64,000 nucleotides of DNA from an uncultured virus (IMG/VR IMGVR_UViG_3300026382_000273) (taxonomy: Duplodnaviria; Heunggongvirae; Uroviricota; Caudoviricetes). The notes beneath the pieces are model-generated. The model was not told the DNA's origin, did no database searches, and saw only the letters and a program-made list of their open reading frames with translations. Shown piece after piece: positions 41,988 through 51,669 of this stretch (its first letter is position 1; every line of letters begins with the position of its first letter). The position numbers were made by a program, and so were the translations under genes. The DNA is taken from the IMG/VR virus record IMGVR_UViG_3300026382_000273; one strand, given 5' to 3'.

Positions 41988-42710
41988 TTAAATATTAAAT
42001 TGATTATTTTTTGGTAAAATTTTTAAATCCATCAATTTTAAAAATTTTTTATCTGATAAACTATCACCTATACCAATACTAAATATTTCTTTTTCTTTAT
42101 TAAGTATATATTTAACCGCTTTTACTTTATCAAGATAAATAGGATAAAATGATAAAGTATTAGCACTTTCATATATTGAAAATTTATTAGAAAACATATT
42201 ATTAATTAAATTTTTTAAAATATTCTTTATATGTGTTTGATTATCATATAATTTGAATTCAACATATGTATTATCTATTATATTTATTTTTTTAATACCA
42301 TTTATAATTGGTGTAATTTTATTTATATAGTTAATAAAATTATTTATATATTTTAAATAAAGTTTTTTATCATAATTTATTTTGTATTCTTTTACTTTTT
42401 TTAAATTGGAACCATAATAAATATCTTTTCCAAAATTATTAATAATATATTTTATTTTTTTTCGCCATTCATTGTTTAAATAAAAGAAGGTTTTCTTATA
42501 ACTTTCAAGATTTCTTGAAGTAACTATAATTAATTCACTGTTTGTATGTTCTAATGTATTATTTATAAGTTCTAAAACATTTTTATGTATGTATGATTCA
42601 TTATTTTGTCCATATGTAAATTGTATCCAATATTTTTTATTAAAATTAACTATTTTTTTCTTTGTAAAAATTAAAGAATTGTCTAAATCAGTAAATATTA
42701 AAGTTTTCAT
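41988..42710 (-). CDS. HAD-superfamily hydrolase, Ter-associated
   Basis: FTDLDNSL, VTSR, K, GIGDSLSD motifs; 4-nt overlap with the upstream lyase-like gene. Confidence 0.85.
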   Translation of the reverse strand: MKTLIFTDLDNSLIFTKKKIVNFNKKYWIQFTYGQNNESYIHKNVLELINNTLEHTNSELIIVTSRNLESYKKTFFYLNNEWRKKIKYIINNFGKDIYYGSNLKKVKEYKINYDKKLYLKYINNFINYINKITPIINGIKKINIIDNTYVEFKLYDNQTHIKNILKNLINNMFSNKFSIYESANTLSFYPIYLDKVKAVKYILNKEKEIFSIGIGDSLSDKKFLKLMDLKILPKNNQFNI

Positions 42711-43666
42711 TCTTGTATTCCATAATTATTATATCTGTTAAGAATATTTTTTGCCCATTTAGAATGGACTTTATATTCATACATTCTGTTATTATATTTT
42801 ATAACAGCTTTACCTTTTTGAAATTCTTCAAGAATATTTTGTGCTATATCATATTCTTTTTTGGATACTTTGTAAAAAGTATTTAAAGTTTTAGCTTGTG
42901 TTGGATGTATAACCGTTTTATTAAATATACCTATGTTAATTTCATTTTCAACTTCTTCCATAAAAATATTAAGTATTTTCATATTATTAAATTCTTGTTT
43001 ATTTTCTTCCCATATAAATGGGAATACTGGTGCTGAAAGATTAAATTCAGGTTTAAATATACTGTAAATATTAAAAAAATAATTATACATTAAGAAATTG
43101 TTAAAATAACTTTCATTTTCTTTTCTTATTAATCCAAATTGAGCTAATATATCTTCACCACCAATTCTTATTGTTAAAATTTTATTTTTATATTTTAAAA
43201 ATTTTTCTTTTAATTTTCCTAATTCTTTATCTGTATAAATATTTTCAATAGTTGGCATAATTAAAAATTTTTCATTTTGTTTTATTATTTTAGGAAAATA
43301 AAAATCTATTTTTTTATATAAAATATCAGTATATTCTTCAAAATTTTCTAATGTTATTTTAGGTAATACAAAACCTTTAATTTTTTCTATACCTTTTATA
43401 TTTAAAAGTTGTTTTAAATTTTCTTGATTACGTGGTCTTATAAATACGTGAAAATCTTTATGAATTTTATAATCTTGCAATACAAGTTCTAATTTTTTTA
43501 ACCCTTTTTCTATGTCTTTTTCCATTGTAGAATCTTCAAAACAAATAACAATTGATTTTAAAAAATCATATTTTTTTCTTTGTAATATATATGTTAAATT
43601 GTCGTTTAATATAGGGACATATAAAGTTCCACCTAATTGAAAATAAAGTTCTTTTAAATTTTTCAT
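42707..43666 (-). CDS. HpcH/HpaI aldolase / citrate-lyase-like protein, Ter-associated
   Basis: LGGTLYVP, ICFEDS, FIRPRN, GFVLPK, RIGGED, KTVIHPTQ. Confidence 0.88.
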   Translation of the reverse strand: MKNLKELYFQLGGTLYVPILNDNLTYILQRKKYDFLKSIVICFEDSTMEKDIEKGLKKLELVLQDYKIHKDFHVFIRPRNQENLKQLLNIKGIEKIKGFVLPKITLENFEEYTDILYKKIDFYFPKIIKQNEKFLIMPTIENIYTDKELGKLKEKFLKYKNKILTIRIGGEDILAQFGLIRKENESYFNNFLMYNYFFNIYSIFKPEFNLSAPVFPFIWEENKQEFNNMKILNIFMEEVENEINIGIFNKTVIHPTQAKTLNTFYKVSKKEYDIAQNILEEFQKGKAVIKYNNRMYEYKVHSKWAKNILNRYNNYGIQE

Positions 43667-43994
43667 TAACCATTCCCTTTTTTGCGTTATTTTAACAAAA
43701 ATAATAAAAAAATTGAAAAAAGTAAAATGATCATAATATTTACAAAGAATTTTTAAGACAAGATATAGTTAGTACTTTTTTATTTGATACTGCTATTAAA
43801 CCTAAAAATGAACATATAAAAAATTTATATATCGAATATTTAGAAAATTATTTAAAGACTGATAATAAAACGAAAAATTTAATAGTAAAAGAATTAAATA
43901 AATATTTACATAAAAAAATTAAATATAGTTAATTTGAAAAAATATTACGAAATAATTTGTTTTATAAAGTTAATATGGAAATGTTTATTGTACA

Positions 43995-44741
43995 TTAATT
44001 TTCTTTTTCTAATCTTTCTATGATTAATTTAAAAAATTTTTCATTTTTCTCAGAACCTATAAATTTTCTATTGGTTTGTTTTGCAGCAATTGCAGTTGTT
44101 CCACTTCCTAAAAACGGATCAATTATTAAATCATTTTCATTAGAACTTAATAATATAAATTTTTTAATTAATTCTAGATTTTTAATATTACCATGAAATG
44201 ATTTTTTAAAAGCATTATTTTTTTCATTTGCTTTTATATATTTTATAAAAGAAGGATATTTATATGTATAAGGATTTTTAACTTTATTTCTTTTATCTTT
44301 TAACCAACTTTCACTTGTAGGTATCCAATCAACTTTATTTAATCTTTTAGCTTTACCTTTACTTGCATATATAACAAGTTGTAAATCAAAACCAAAATTA
44401 TTTTTTAAATATCTGTTAGTATTATGTGTTTGAAAAGCTAATAAATTATTAAATTTAAATATTTCTTTTACTTTACTAACCCACCTATCTATTTCTAATG
44501 TTGGTATAAAAATATATATATGGGATTCTTCTTTTAGAACACGGTGCATTTCTTTTAACCATAATTCATATTGATTAAAAACTGTTTCTTTTGAATCATC
44601 ATATTCTTTGTTATTAGCAAATTCCACACCATAAGGTGGATCAGTTATTATTAAATCAACTGAATTATTACCCATATTTTTGAACATATCTAAACAATCA
44701 GAATTATAAATAGTAATATTATCGCCATTATAAATTTTCAT
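43995..44741 (-). CDS. Beta-class N6-adenine/N4-cytosine DNA methyltransferase
   Basis: DLIITDPPY precedes DPFLGSGTT. Confidence 0.92.
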   Translation of the reverse strand: MKIYNGDNITIYNSDCLDMFKNMGNNSVDLIITDPPYGVEFANNKEYDDSKETVFNQYELWLKEMHRVLKEESHIYIFIPTLEIDRWVSKVKEIFKFNNLLAFQTHNTNRYLKNNFGFDLQLVIYASKGKAKRLNKVDWIPTSESWLKDKRNKVKNPYTYKYPSFIKYIKANEKNNAFKKSFHGNIKNLELIKKFILLSSNENDLIIDPFLGSGTTAIAAKQTNRKFIGSEKNEKFFKLIIERLEKEN

Positions 44742-44990
44742 AAAAAAATACCTTTTTTATGAAATTATAACAAAAATTTTATTTTAAAATAAAAAATATT
44801 TTTAATATAAAATTAATTTATAATTTTAACTTATTATTCCTTTATAAAAGGAAAAAATTTTTAAAATTTATAAATTCCGAAATTACGATATTTTTATCTT
44901 AATAAATAAAAAATTGTAAAAATGATTACTTATTTATTTTTTTTTATAATATGATAACCACAAAAAAATAAATAAAAATAAAGGATAGAA

Positions 44991-45131
44991 ATGACTAAAT
45001 TAAATGACAAACAATTAAAAAATAAAATTAAATTTATAGAAGATTATATCAATGCAAAAAATGCGGCAGATGAGGCAATTCATGACCCTAATGCAAATAT
45101 TGATAATTTTTACTTAAACTTTTATATTTAG
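44991..45131 (+). pseudogene. N-terminal stump resembling anaerobic (class III) RNR
   Basis: MTKLNDKQLKNKIKFIEDYINAKNAADEAIHDPNANI..., with AAAGGA RBS; resembles from memory the KxxFIxxYxxAxNAADGSxxDANAN start of one NrdD clade; stops after 46 aa. Confidence 0.55.
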
Positions 45132-45279
45132 TTATTCTATATTTTCTTTTATTAAGTTTTTAAAATATTTTTATTTTTAAATGAATTATTAATATTTTGT
45201 ATATTATTCACTTTATTCTTCATTTAAGTTTGATAAAATTTATATTATAATTTTAAAAATTTTGATAAGGAATATTTTT

Positions 45280-46077
45280 ATGAACATTATTGAATTACCT
45301 TCATATACAAATATCACAGAATTTATACTATATACCAATGATAAAGGACAATTAATTACAAAAAAAGAATTAATTAAATTAATAAATATGGAAGAAGCTA
45401 AAAATGGTTATTATCATTTTCCAAATGAAGAATATATAAATCAAATTTTAGAGAATAACGGTAAAAAACATTATTAAAATTTGTAAAAACTGTGGTGAAA
45501 TATTAACGATAAACAATGTTGAAAAAAATAAATGTATTTGTAATAAAAACAATTATAAACTTCATAATAAAGTTTTAATAAAACAAACAAAAAATAAGAT
45601 TTATATAAAATATATTGAGTTAATTTTTAATGATAATAATATTAAAAAATTAAAAATCTTTAATGAAGTATTCCTTGAATATACTTCAAAAGATGAAAAA
45701 GAAAAAATGAAAAAAGAAAAAATTATGTATGCAGATAATATTATTAATATTTTTGAAAAAAAATAGCTGAATTTAACTTTAGAATTTTAAAAAATAGATA
45801 TGAATTTGAGACAACAGGACAAATTATGAGTAATTGTATAAGTGGTTATTATTATAAAATGAAAAATAATATAGAAAACAGTTTGATCATAATTAGTTAT
45901 GATAAAGAAAAAAAACAAAAATTAGCTATTGAATTAAATTATATTTATGATAAAGAAAAAATTAAAAATATTAATGTTATCCAAGCGTATCAAAAATATA
46001 ACAATCCCCTAACAGAAGAACAAAAAAATATTTTAAAAAATTATTTAGAAAGTATTACTAAAAGTTATAAATTATAA
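45280..46077 (+). pseudogene. PcfJ-like paralog split by two homopolymer frameshifts
   Basis: Removing one A at 45463-45468 and adding one at 45756-45763 gives one frame with CKNC..CIC and FEKKIAEFNFRILKNRYEFETTGQIMSNCISGY, homologous to 31338..33086. Confidence 0.75.
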
Positions 46078-46156
46078 TTTTTTTATTTTTTATATAACAA
46101 AAATTTTAAAAAATTTGATATAATATATATAAGAAATATATTTAAAGGAAAATGTA

Positions 46157-47956
46157 ATGAAAAAAAATATTGAAATAAAATTTTATGGAAAAAATATTTT
46201 AATAGAACCTGTTTATCAAGATGGAAAAATAAATTATACTGGTTTTTTGCTTGATGAAAAAAATACTGAAAAAAAAATGAAATTTACAAAAAATTTTTAT
46301 AAATATATTAATTTTGGACAATTTAAAGATAAAGATTTGGCTAAATCTTATAAAAATATAATTATAAAAGCAAAAAACTTTATTAATGAAAATCAAGAAT
46401 TAAAAAAAATAGTAGAAAATAAATTAAAAGAAGAAAAAAATAAAGAAAATATAAAAAACAATTCCAAAGAAGTTGTAAATGAAATATTTAAAAATAAATA
46501 CGAAAACAAAGGTTATGAAGCAATTAATTTTTCAAATATAGGACTTATATTTGCAGTAAAAAAAGGACAAGGATTAACAATAAAAGAATTTGATAAAATA
46601 AAAAAATTGTTAGGGGAATATACTGTAATTCCTGATGTATATACTCCTGAAAAAGCAAGAAAATTACAAGAAAAAAATATACAAATTTTACAAGATATTA
46701 AAAATAATTTTCCTGGAATTGAAATAAAGATGATTTATGCGAACACTGATTACGGTATAATTCATGAAAATACATTAATTAATCAAGAATTTGAACCCTT
46801 GAATAAATTTATAAATTCTAAAAAAATGAAAAAACTTTATGAAGAAACTAAAAAAAATTTTAGAATGTCTAAAATTCCCAAAAAAGTAAAATTATCGCTA
46901 ATACGAGAAGAATTTAAAAAATGGTTTGGACAATTTAAAGGTAATATTAAAATAGATCAAAATTTTATGGATAATATAAATTTAACAGGTGTTAACTTAG
47001 AAGAATTAAAATTATTAGGAATTTTATTAACAGGAAAAGAAACAGATAATACAGAAGAATATAAAATTATGAAAAAAGAAGGAATTTTTAAATATAAAAT
47101 ATTAAATGGTGTTTTAGAAAAAAAATTAACTTTTAATTCTAAAATAAATGTTAATTTTCTTGAAAAAGAAATTAATACAATTATTGAAAAACTTGATAAA
47201 AATTCTAATGATAAAAAAAAGAAATTAAGAATTTTAGAAAAATTAGAAGTTATAAATAAAATGATTAGTTTAGTATATGATAAATACCAAAAAATAGAAT
47301 ATAAAAATGATTTTATTAATTATTATTTTCAAAATTTAAATTTTAAAACAGCTGAAAGAGCAAAAATGCAAAAACTTGCTAAAAAATATAAATTCTTCTT
47401 TGAAGGAATACCACATAACTTTTATTCAACAGATAAAGAAATACAAAATTTCTTGAAAGATATTAAACCATTAGAAGATTATATCAAACCTAATTTGAAA
47501 TATGAAGTAAAATCGGAAGACAAATATTTTTTATCTCCACATTTAGACGGTAATAAATATCAAAATATAAAAAAAGAATTATCTAAACCTATGGATAAAA
47601 ATATAAAACAATTTTTTGAAAGAAATATTAATAATATTTTTAAATTATTTAAAACTGAATTTGATAGCAAAGCAAATTTACCTAATTCTATGCATATAAA
47701 TAATTTTATTTATATTTTTAAAGAATTTGCACCTGATAAACTTTTGAATTTACAAAAAGAATTGAAAAGTAAAAGTATCGAAATAAAAAAAATGATAGAT
47801 AATAAACATAAAGAAAATAAAATTCCATCAAGAAGTTTATTATTAGAAGAACAAAATATTAATGATTTATTAAGAAAAGTTAATGAAATAATTCAGAAAT
47901 TTGGAATTAAATCTGAATTAAAAAATAATCAAGAAGAACAAATAGAACAAAAATAA
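46157..47956 (+). CDS. Hypothetical Lys-rich protein
   Basis: 599 aa, promoter at 46116, RBS. Confidence 0.78.
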   Translation: MKKNIEIKFYGKNILIEPVYQDGKINYTGFLLDEKNTEKKMKFTKNFYKYINFGQFKDKDLAKSYKNIIIKAKNFINENQELKKIVENKLKEEKNKENIKNNSKEVVNEIFKNKYENKGYEAINFSNIGLIFAVKKGQGLTIKEFDKIKKLLGEYTVIPDVYTPEKARKLQEKNIQILQDIKNNFPGIEIKMIYANTDYGIIHENTLINQEFEPLNKFINSKKMKKLYEETKKNFRMSKIPKKVKLSLIREEFKKWFGQFKGNIKIDQNFMDNINLTGVNLEELKLLGILLTGKETDNTEEYKIMKKEGIFKYKILNGVLEKKLTFNSKINVNFLEKEINTIIEKLDKNSNDKKKKLRILEKLEVINKMISLVYDKYQKIEYKNDFINYYFQNLNFKTAERAKMQKLAKKYKFFFEGIPHNFYSTDKEIQNFLKDIKPLEDYIKPNLKYEVKSEDKYFLSPHLDGNKYQNIKKELSKPMDKNIKQFFERNINNIFKLFKTEFDSKANLPNSMHINNFIYIFKEFAPDKLLNLQKELKSKSIEIKKMIDNKHKENKIPSRSLLLEEQNINDLLRKVNEIIQKFGIKSELKNNQEEQIEQK

Positions 47957-48061
47957 TAAAAATGCTTTAAACACTTCTTTTTTTTGTTTATTATTAATTT
48001 TTCCTTTAAATATATTCATGTTATAATATACTTTTAAATAAATTAAAAGGAATAAATATAA

Positions 48062-48910
48062 ATGAATTTAATAAAACATTTTAAATATAAATACTATTTT
48101 AATAGAATGAGAAATAATAAAATAAATTTTTTTAATTCTAAAGAAAAATTAAAAGATTATCCTATATTAAAAAAATATGAAGAATTATTATTGGGTATTT
48201 TTTTTGTAAATGAAGGATATATTTTTGATTTATTAAAAACAAAAAAATTTTTTTATAAAATAGATGAAATTCCGTTACATATTAAAAAAAAATATGATAT
48301 TTTAATTATGAATTTAAAAAAATTATCTAAAAACGAAATATTAAATAATAAAGATAAAATTTTTATATTTAATACTTTTGCTAATTATATGATTAATATT
48401 TATTATTTTGATAAAGTAATAATTCGTAAAATTTATAATGATAAAGTAAATAGAATATTAGATAATTTAGAATATATAACATATTCTGGAACAAAAATAA
48501 ATTATAATTATTTTTTTGAACAATTAACACAAATAACTCCTAATATTAAAACAAACCTTTTACAATTAGAAAATTTAATAAAAATAACAGAAATTTTATG
48601 GAAAGATTGGAAAAATAATCCTAATAAATTAAAAAAATTTACAGAACAAGAATTATTTTATGTTTATATATATTTGGCATATAATTTTTTTTATATAAGT
48701 AAAAATGAAAAAAAATACACAGTACAAAAGAAAAATTTAATTAAAATAAAAAAAAATTTATTTTTTTATTCTGAAAAAGAATTTAATTTAAAATTAAATA
48801 ATAATAAATTTTTGCAATTTTTGAAAATATTTGATAAAAACTTTTATAATTCTTTTCTTTTAATAAAAACTAATGTAAATAATAATTTAAATAATTTATC
48901 AAAGTATTAG
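48062..48910 (+). CDS. Hypothetical protein
   Basis: 282 aa; stop codon lies inside miniature element copy C. Confidence 0.65.
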   Translation: MNLIKHFKYKYYFNRMRNNKINFFNSKEKLKDYPILKKYEELLLGIFFVNEGYIFDLLKTKKFFYKIDEIPLHIKKKYDILIMNLKKLSKNEILNNKDKIFIFNTFANYMINIYYFDKVIIRKIYNDKVNRILDNLEYITYSGTKINYNYFFEQLTQITPNIKTNLLQLENLIKITEILWKDWKNNPNKLKKFTEQELFYVYIYLAYNFFYISKNEKKYTVQKKNLIKIKKNLFFYSEKEFNLKLNNNKFLQFLKIFDKNFYNSFLLIKTNVNNNLNNLSKY

Positions 48911-48979
48911 CTTGGAATGAAACTTTTCAAAAGAGAAACACACACTATAACGGTAAAACATTTAGTGAGTGAAATTTAC
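48900..48979 (+). mobile_element. IS200/IS605-derived miniature element, copy C (partial left end)
   Basis: TTTAT (48895-48899), then CAAAGTATTAGCTTGGAATGAA and the right-end sequence CTATAACGGTAAAACATTTAGTGAGTGAAATTTAC. Confidence 0.8.
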
Positions 48980-49062
48980 TATATATTTTATATTTTTTAT
49001 ATTATTTGTTTTATATAATTTTTTTTATAAAATAAATAATATAAAAAATATAAAGGATAAAA

Positions 49063-49668
49063 ATGGCAGTTAGTTTAGTAAAAGGACAAAAAATTAGTCT
49101 TAGAAAAGATGACGGAAGTAATTTAAAAAATTTTTGTGTTGGAGCAAATTGGGGTGCTATTGAAAGTAAAGGATTTTTTGGTGGAAAAAAGATCATCCCA
49201 GTTGACTTAGATTTATCCTTAGGACTTTATGATGAAAATAACAATCTAGTTGAAAAAGTATATTTTGGAAATAAAAGAGCACCAGGTATAATTCATAGTG
49301 GTGATGATTTAACTGGAGATACAAACGGTGATGATGGACTCGATAATGAAATCATTCAAGTTAATTTAAACGAGGTTCCTTCTAATATATCACAAATCGT
49401 TTTTGTTTTAAATAGCTTTAAAAAACAAGATTTCGCCGATATTCCTTTTGCAAGTATTAGATTATATGAAGGAACGCCTGATAGGGTTGACAATATTGTA
49501 GCAAAATATGAAATAGCTAGTGATCCTAAGTTTGCTGGATATGTATCAATGGTATTAGGAAAACTTTATAAACGAAATGGAGAATGGAAATTTCAAGCTA
49601 TTGGTGAACCGACAAAAGATAGGGATCTAAAATCAACATTGCAAACAGTAAAAGAAAGATATTTATAA
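49063..49668 (+). CDS. TerD/TerZ family stress protein
   Basis: SLVKGQKISL, VDLDLS, VYFGN, HSGDDLTG, DNEII, WKFQAIG. Confidence 0.92.
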   Translation: MAVSLVKGQKISLRKDDGSNLKNFCVGANWGAIESKGFFGGKKIIPVDLDLSLGLYDENNNLVEKVYFGNKRAPGIIHSGDDLTGDTNGDDGLDNEIIQVNLNEVPSNISQIVFVLNSFKKQDFADIPFASIRLYEGTPDRVDNIVAKYEIASDPKFAGYVSMVLGKLYKRNGEWKFQAIGEPTKDRDLKSTLQTVKERYL

Positions 49669-49734
49669 TATTTTTTTTGATTTTTATATAAATCTTTTTA
49701 AAATAAAAAAACAAATAAAAAATAAAGGATAAAA

Positions 49735-50217
49735 ATGAACATTAAATTTTTAGAAAACGGTGATTATCTATTAGAAATTGAAGGAAAAGAATTTTCAATG
49801 AAAGAAATTGCTTTATATATTGAAATTATGAAAAATAAACAGTTAGTTCCAGAACAATTTAAAGAAATTGAAAATCAATGGCAACAGGCATTAAAAGATT
49901 ATGAAGCAGGAAAATTAAACGAAGAACAAAAAAAATTCGTCGATAATATTAAAAAATTTTCAAAAGAAAAAGGTATTGAAGAAGTAATTTATTTTGGAAT
50001 GGTTAATTTAAATAATTTTCTTGTTGAAAAAGTAAATAAAAAATTTACTGATAGTGATAATGAAAAACAGGTAAAAGAAGGAAAACTTATAATTGCGGAT
50101 ATATTTGATCTTGCTGGAAATCTTCAAGCATTACTTACAGGTGTTAAGCTTGAAATAGCTACACCTTTAGTTCCAGAAGAAGCAGGAAAAATTAAAACAA
50201 AAATTTCTTTCTTTTAA
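49735..50217 (+). CDS. Hypothetical protein
   Basis: 160 aa; same TAAAGGATAAAAATG start context as the terD-like gene. Confidence 0.72.
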   Translation: MNIKFLENGDYLLEIEGKEFSMKEIALYIEIMKNKQLVPEQFKEIENQWQQALKDYEAGKLNEEQKKFVDNIKKFSKEKGIEEVIYFGMVNLNNFLVEKVNKKFTDSDNEKQVKEGKLIIADIFDLAGNLQALLTGVKLEIATPLVPEEAGKIKTKISFF

Positions 50218-50224
50218 TTTTTAT

Positions 50225-50326
50225 TAATTTTTTGCAAAAAATATCTTGATTAATTATTATCCATAAATATTCTTAAAAAGAAAAGCACCCGCTATAATGG
50301 TAAAACATTTAGTGGGTGAAATTCAT
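50225..50326 (+). mobile_element. IS200/IS605-derived miniature element, copy D
   Basis: TTTAT (50220-50224), then TAATTTTTTGCAAAAAATATC... and AAGCACCCGCTATAATGGTAAAACATTTAGTGGGTGAAATTCAT. Confidence 0.82.
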
Positions 50327-50330
50327 TTAA

Positions 50331-50663
50331 TTACATTTCTATCACAATATCAATATCTGTACGATGTCCATGTTTTGTTGTAACTGAAACAGTTTCTTTA
50401 ATACGATTATTGATACCTGTTATTTTAGTAAGTCCTAGTGTATTTAATAAAGCAGTAAAATTTCCTGGTTTTACATTATAAATACGCATTCCATAAGTTT
50501 CTTTGAGTTTATTTTTGAATTCTTCTTCACTTTTAAATCTTAAACCTTCTAATTTTTTTGCTAATTCAATAGTTTCTTTTCTTAATTCCATAATTTTTTC
50601 TGTTGAAAAATTTTTGTTATGCAATTCTTGTGCTACTGTTGTATGTATTACTTTAATTGGCAT
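50331..50663 (-). CDS. Hypothetical protein
   Basis: 110 aa, AAAGGA RBS. Confidence 0.7.
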   Translation of the reverse strand: MPIKVIHTTVAQELHNKNFSTEKIMELRKETIELAKKLEGLRFKSEEEFKNKLKETYGMRIYNVKPGNFTALLNTLGLTKITGINNRIKETVSVTTKHGHRTDIDIVIEM

Positions 50664-50926
50664 TTTTATCCTTTTTAAAATTATTTTTTTTTTATTTTAA
50701 AAAAAAATACAAATTTTTTATTTTTAAAAAAAAATTTTTTTAAAATTTTTTACCCAACCACAAAATAATAATATTAATTTTATTTATAAATTAAAGATTA
50801 TAATTATTTTTTTTATAAAAAGATTTAAATACTAATATTGGTATAACATAATATGGTGGTAGAAACAATTCAATATTATCTAATATTTTACATTGTAGTG
50901 TATTTTTGCTTTAGATTTTTTAAAAT

Positions 50927-51298
50927 TTAAGAATTTTCAATGGTGTTGACAATATTTTTTAAAAAATCTGGAAATTTATATCTATTACATTTTTTTATAA
51001 TTGGTGAATTTTTTTTAATTTTATATAAATATATTTCCTTAATAAAAAAATTAGTATAATGATTTTCAAAACGATTGAAGAATAAAAGCATTTTATATTC
51101 TGAAACATCATTTAAAAAATAGACTTCTGTATCTTCATTCTTTTCATTTAATTTTTCAACTTCAAATGGAAATAATTCTATGAATTCTTTTTTTATTTTA
51201 TTCCTTAAAAATTGTAAATCTAATATTTCATTATCTTTTATCTTTTTAAATTTATTATTCCAATTCCATTTTATTATCAACAAATAATTATTTAACAT
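50927..51298 (-). CDS. Hypothetical protein
   Basis: 123 aa, immediately downstream of 51301..51540. Confidence 0.6.
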   Translation of the reverse strand: MLNNYLLIIKWNWNNKFKKIKDNEILDLQFLRNKIKKEFIELFPFEVEKLNEKNEDTEVYFLNDVSEYKMLLFFNRFENHYTNFFIKEIYLYKIKKNSPIIKKCNRYKFPDFLKNIVNTIENS

Positions 51299-51300
51299 TG

Positions 51301-51540
51301 TTATTTTAATAATTCTTTTAGTTCATTATAAATTTCATTAGCAATTTCCATTTCAATAAATTCTATTAAATAATTACTATTTTTTGTAAATATTTCTATT
51401 ACATTATAATTAATTCTAATATCTTCAATATCTTTTGGATTAATATTTAAAATTTCTAGTGGTGTTCCATCTTCTTCTATATTTATAATATTTTCTTCAA
51501 CTTCAAAATAAATATTATCTTCTGTTATTTCATATAACAT
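51301..51540 (-). CDS. Acidic hypothetical protein
   Basis: 79 aa, RBS. Confidence 0.62.
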   Translation of the reverse strand: MLYEITEDNIYFEVEENIINIEEDGTPLEILNINPKDIEDIRINYNVIEIFTKNSNYLIEFIEMEIANEIYNELKELLK

Positions 51541-51669
51541 AAAATTTCCTTTTATTTAATTTATTATTAAATTTAAAGAAATTATATAAAAAGCTTTTTG
51601 TTTTACAAAAAATAATTTTTTTTGTAATTTTTTAAAAATATTGTATTATTCATTAAAAAAAGGATAATA

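Noticed and set aside
9778..43795. In-window targets for the copy B guide (TTTAT+TTGATA near 9778, 10234 and 43779)
   Set aside because: Only 6 guide nucleotides match, which is expected by chance in such AT-rich DNA.
26511..44741. Complete restriction-modification system
   Set aside because: No recognisable restriction endonuclease is adjacent to any methyltransferase.
32980..46050. Diversity-generating retroelement TR/VR pair in the PcfJ-like paralogs
   Set aside because: Most mismatches fall on adenines, but the sequence is very A-rich, both copies are coding, the block is short, and no reverse transcriptase is in the window.
1966..50326. Dispersed repeats as a CRISPR-like array or REP elements
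   Set aside because: They are kilobases apart and are explained by IS200/IS605 ends tied to a tnpB remnant.
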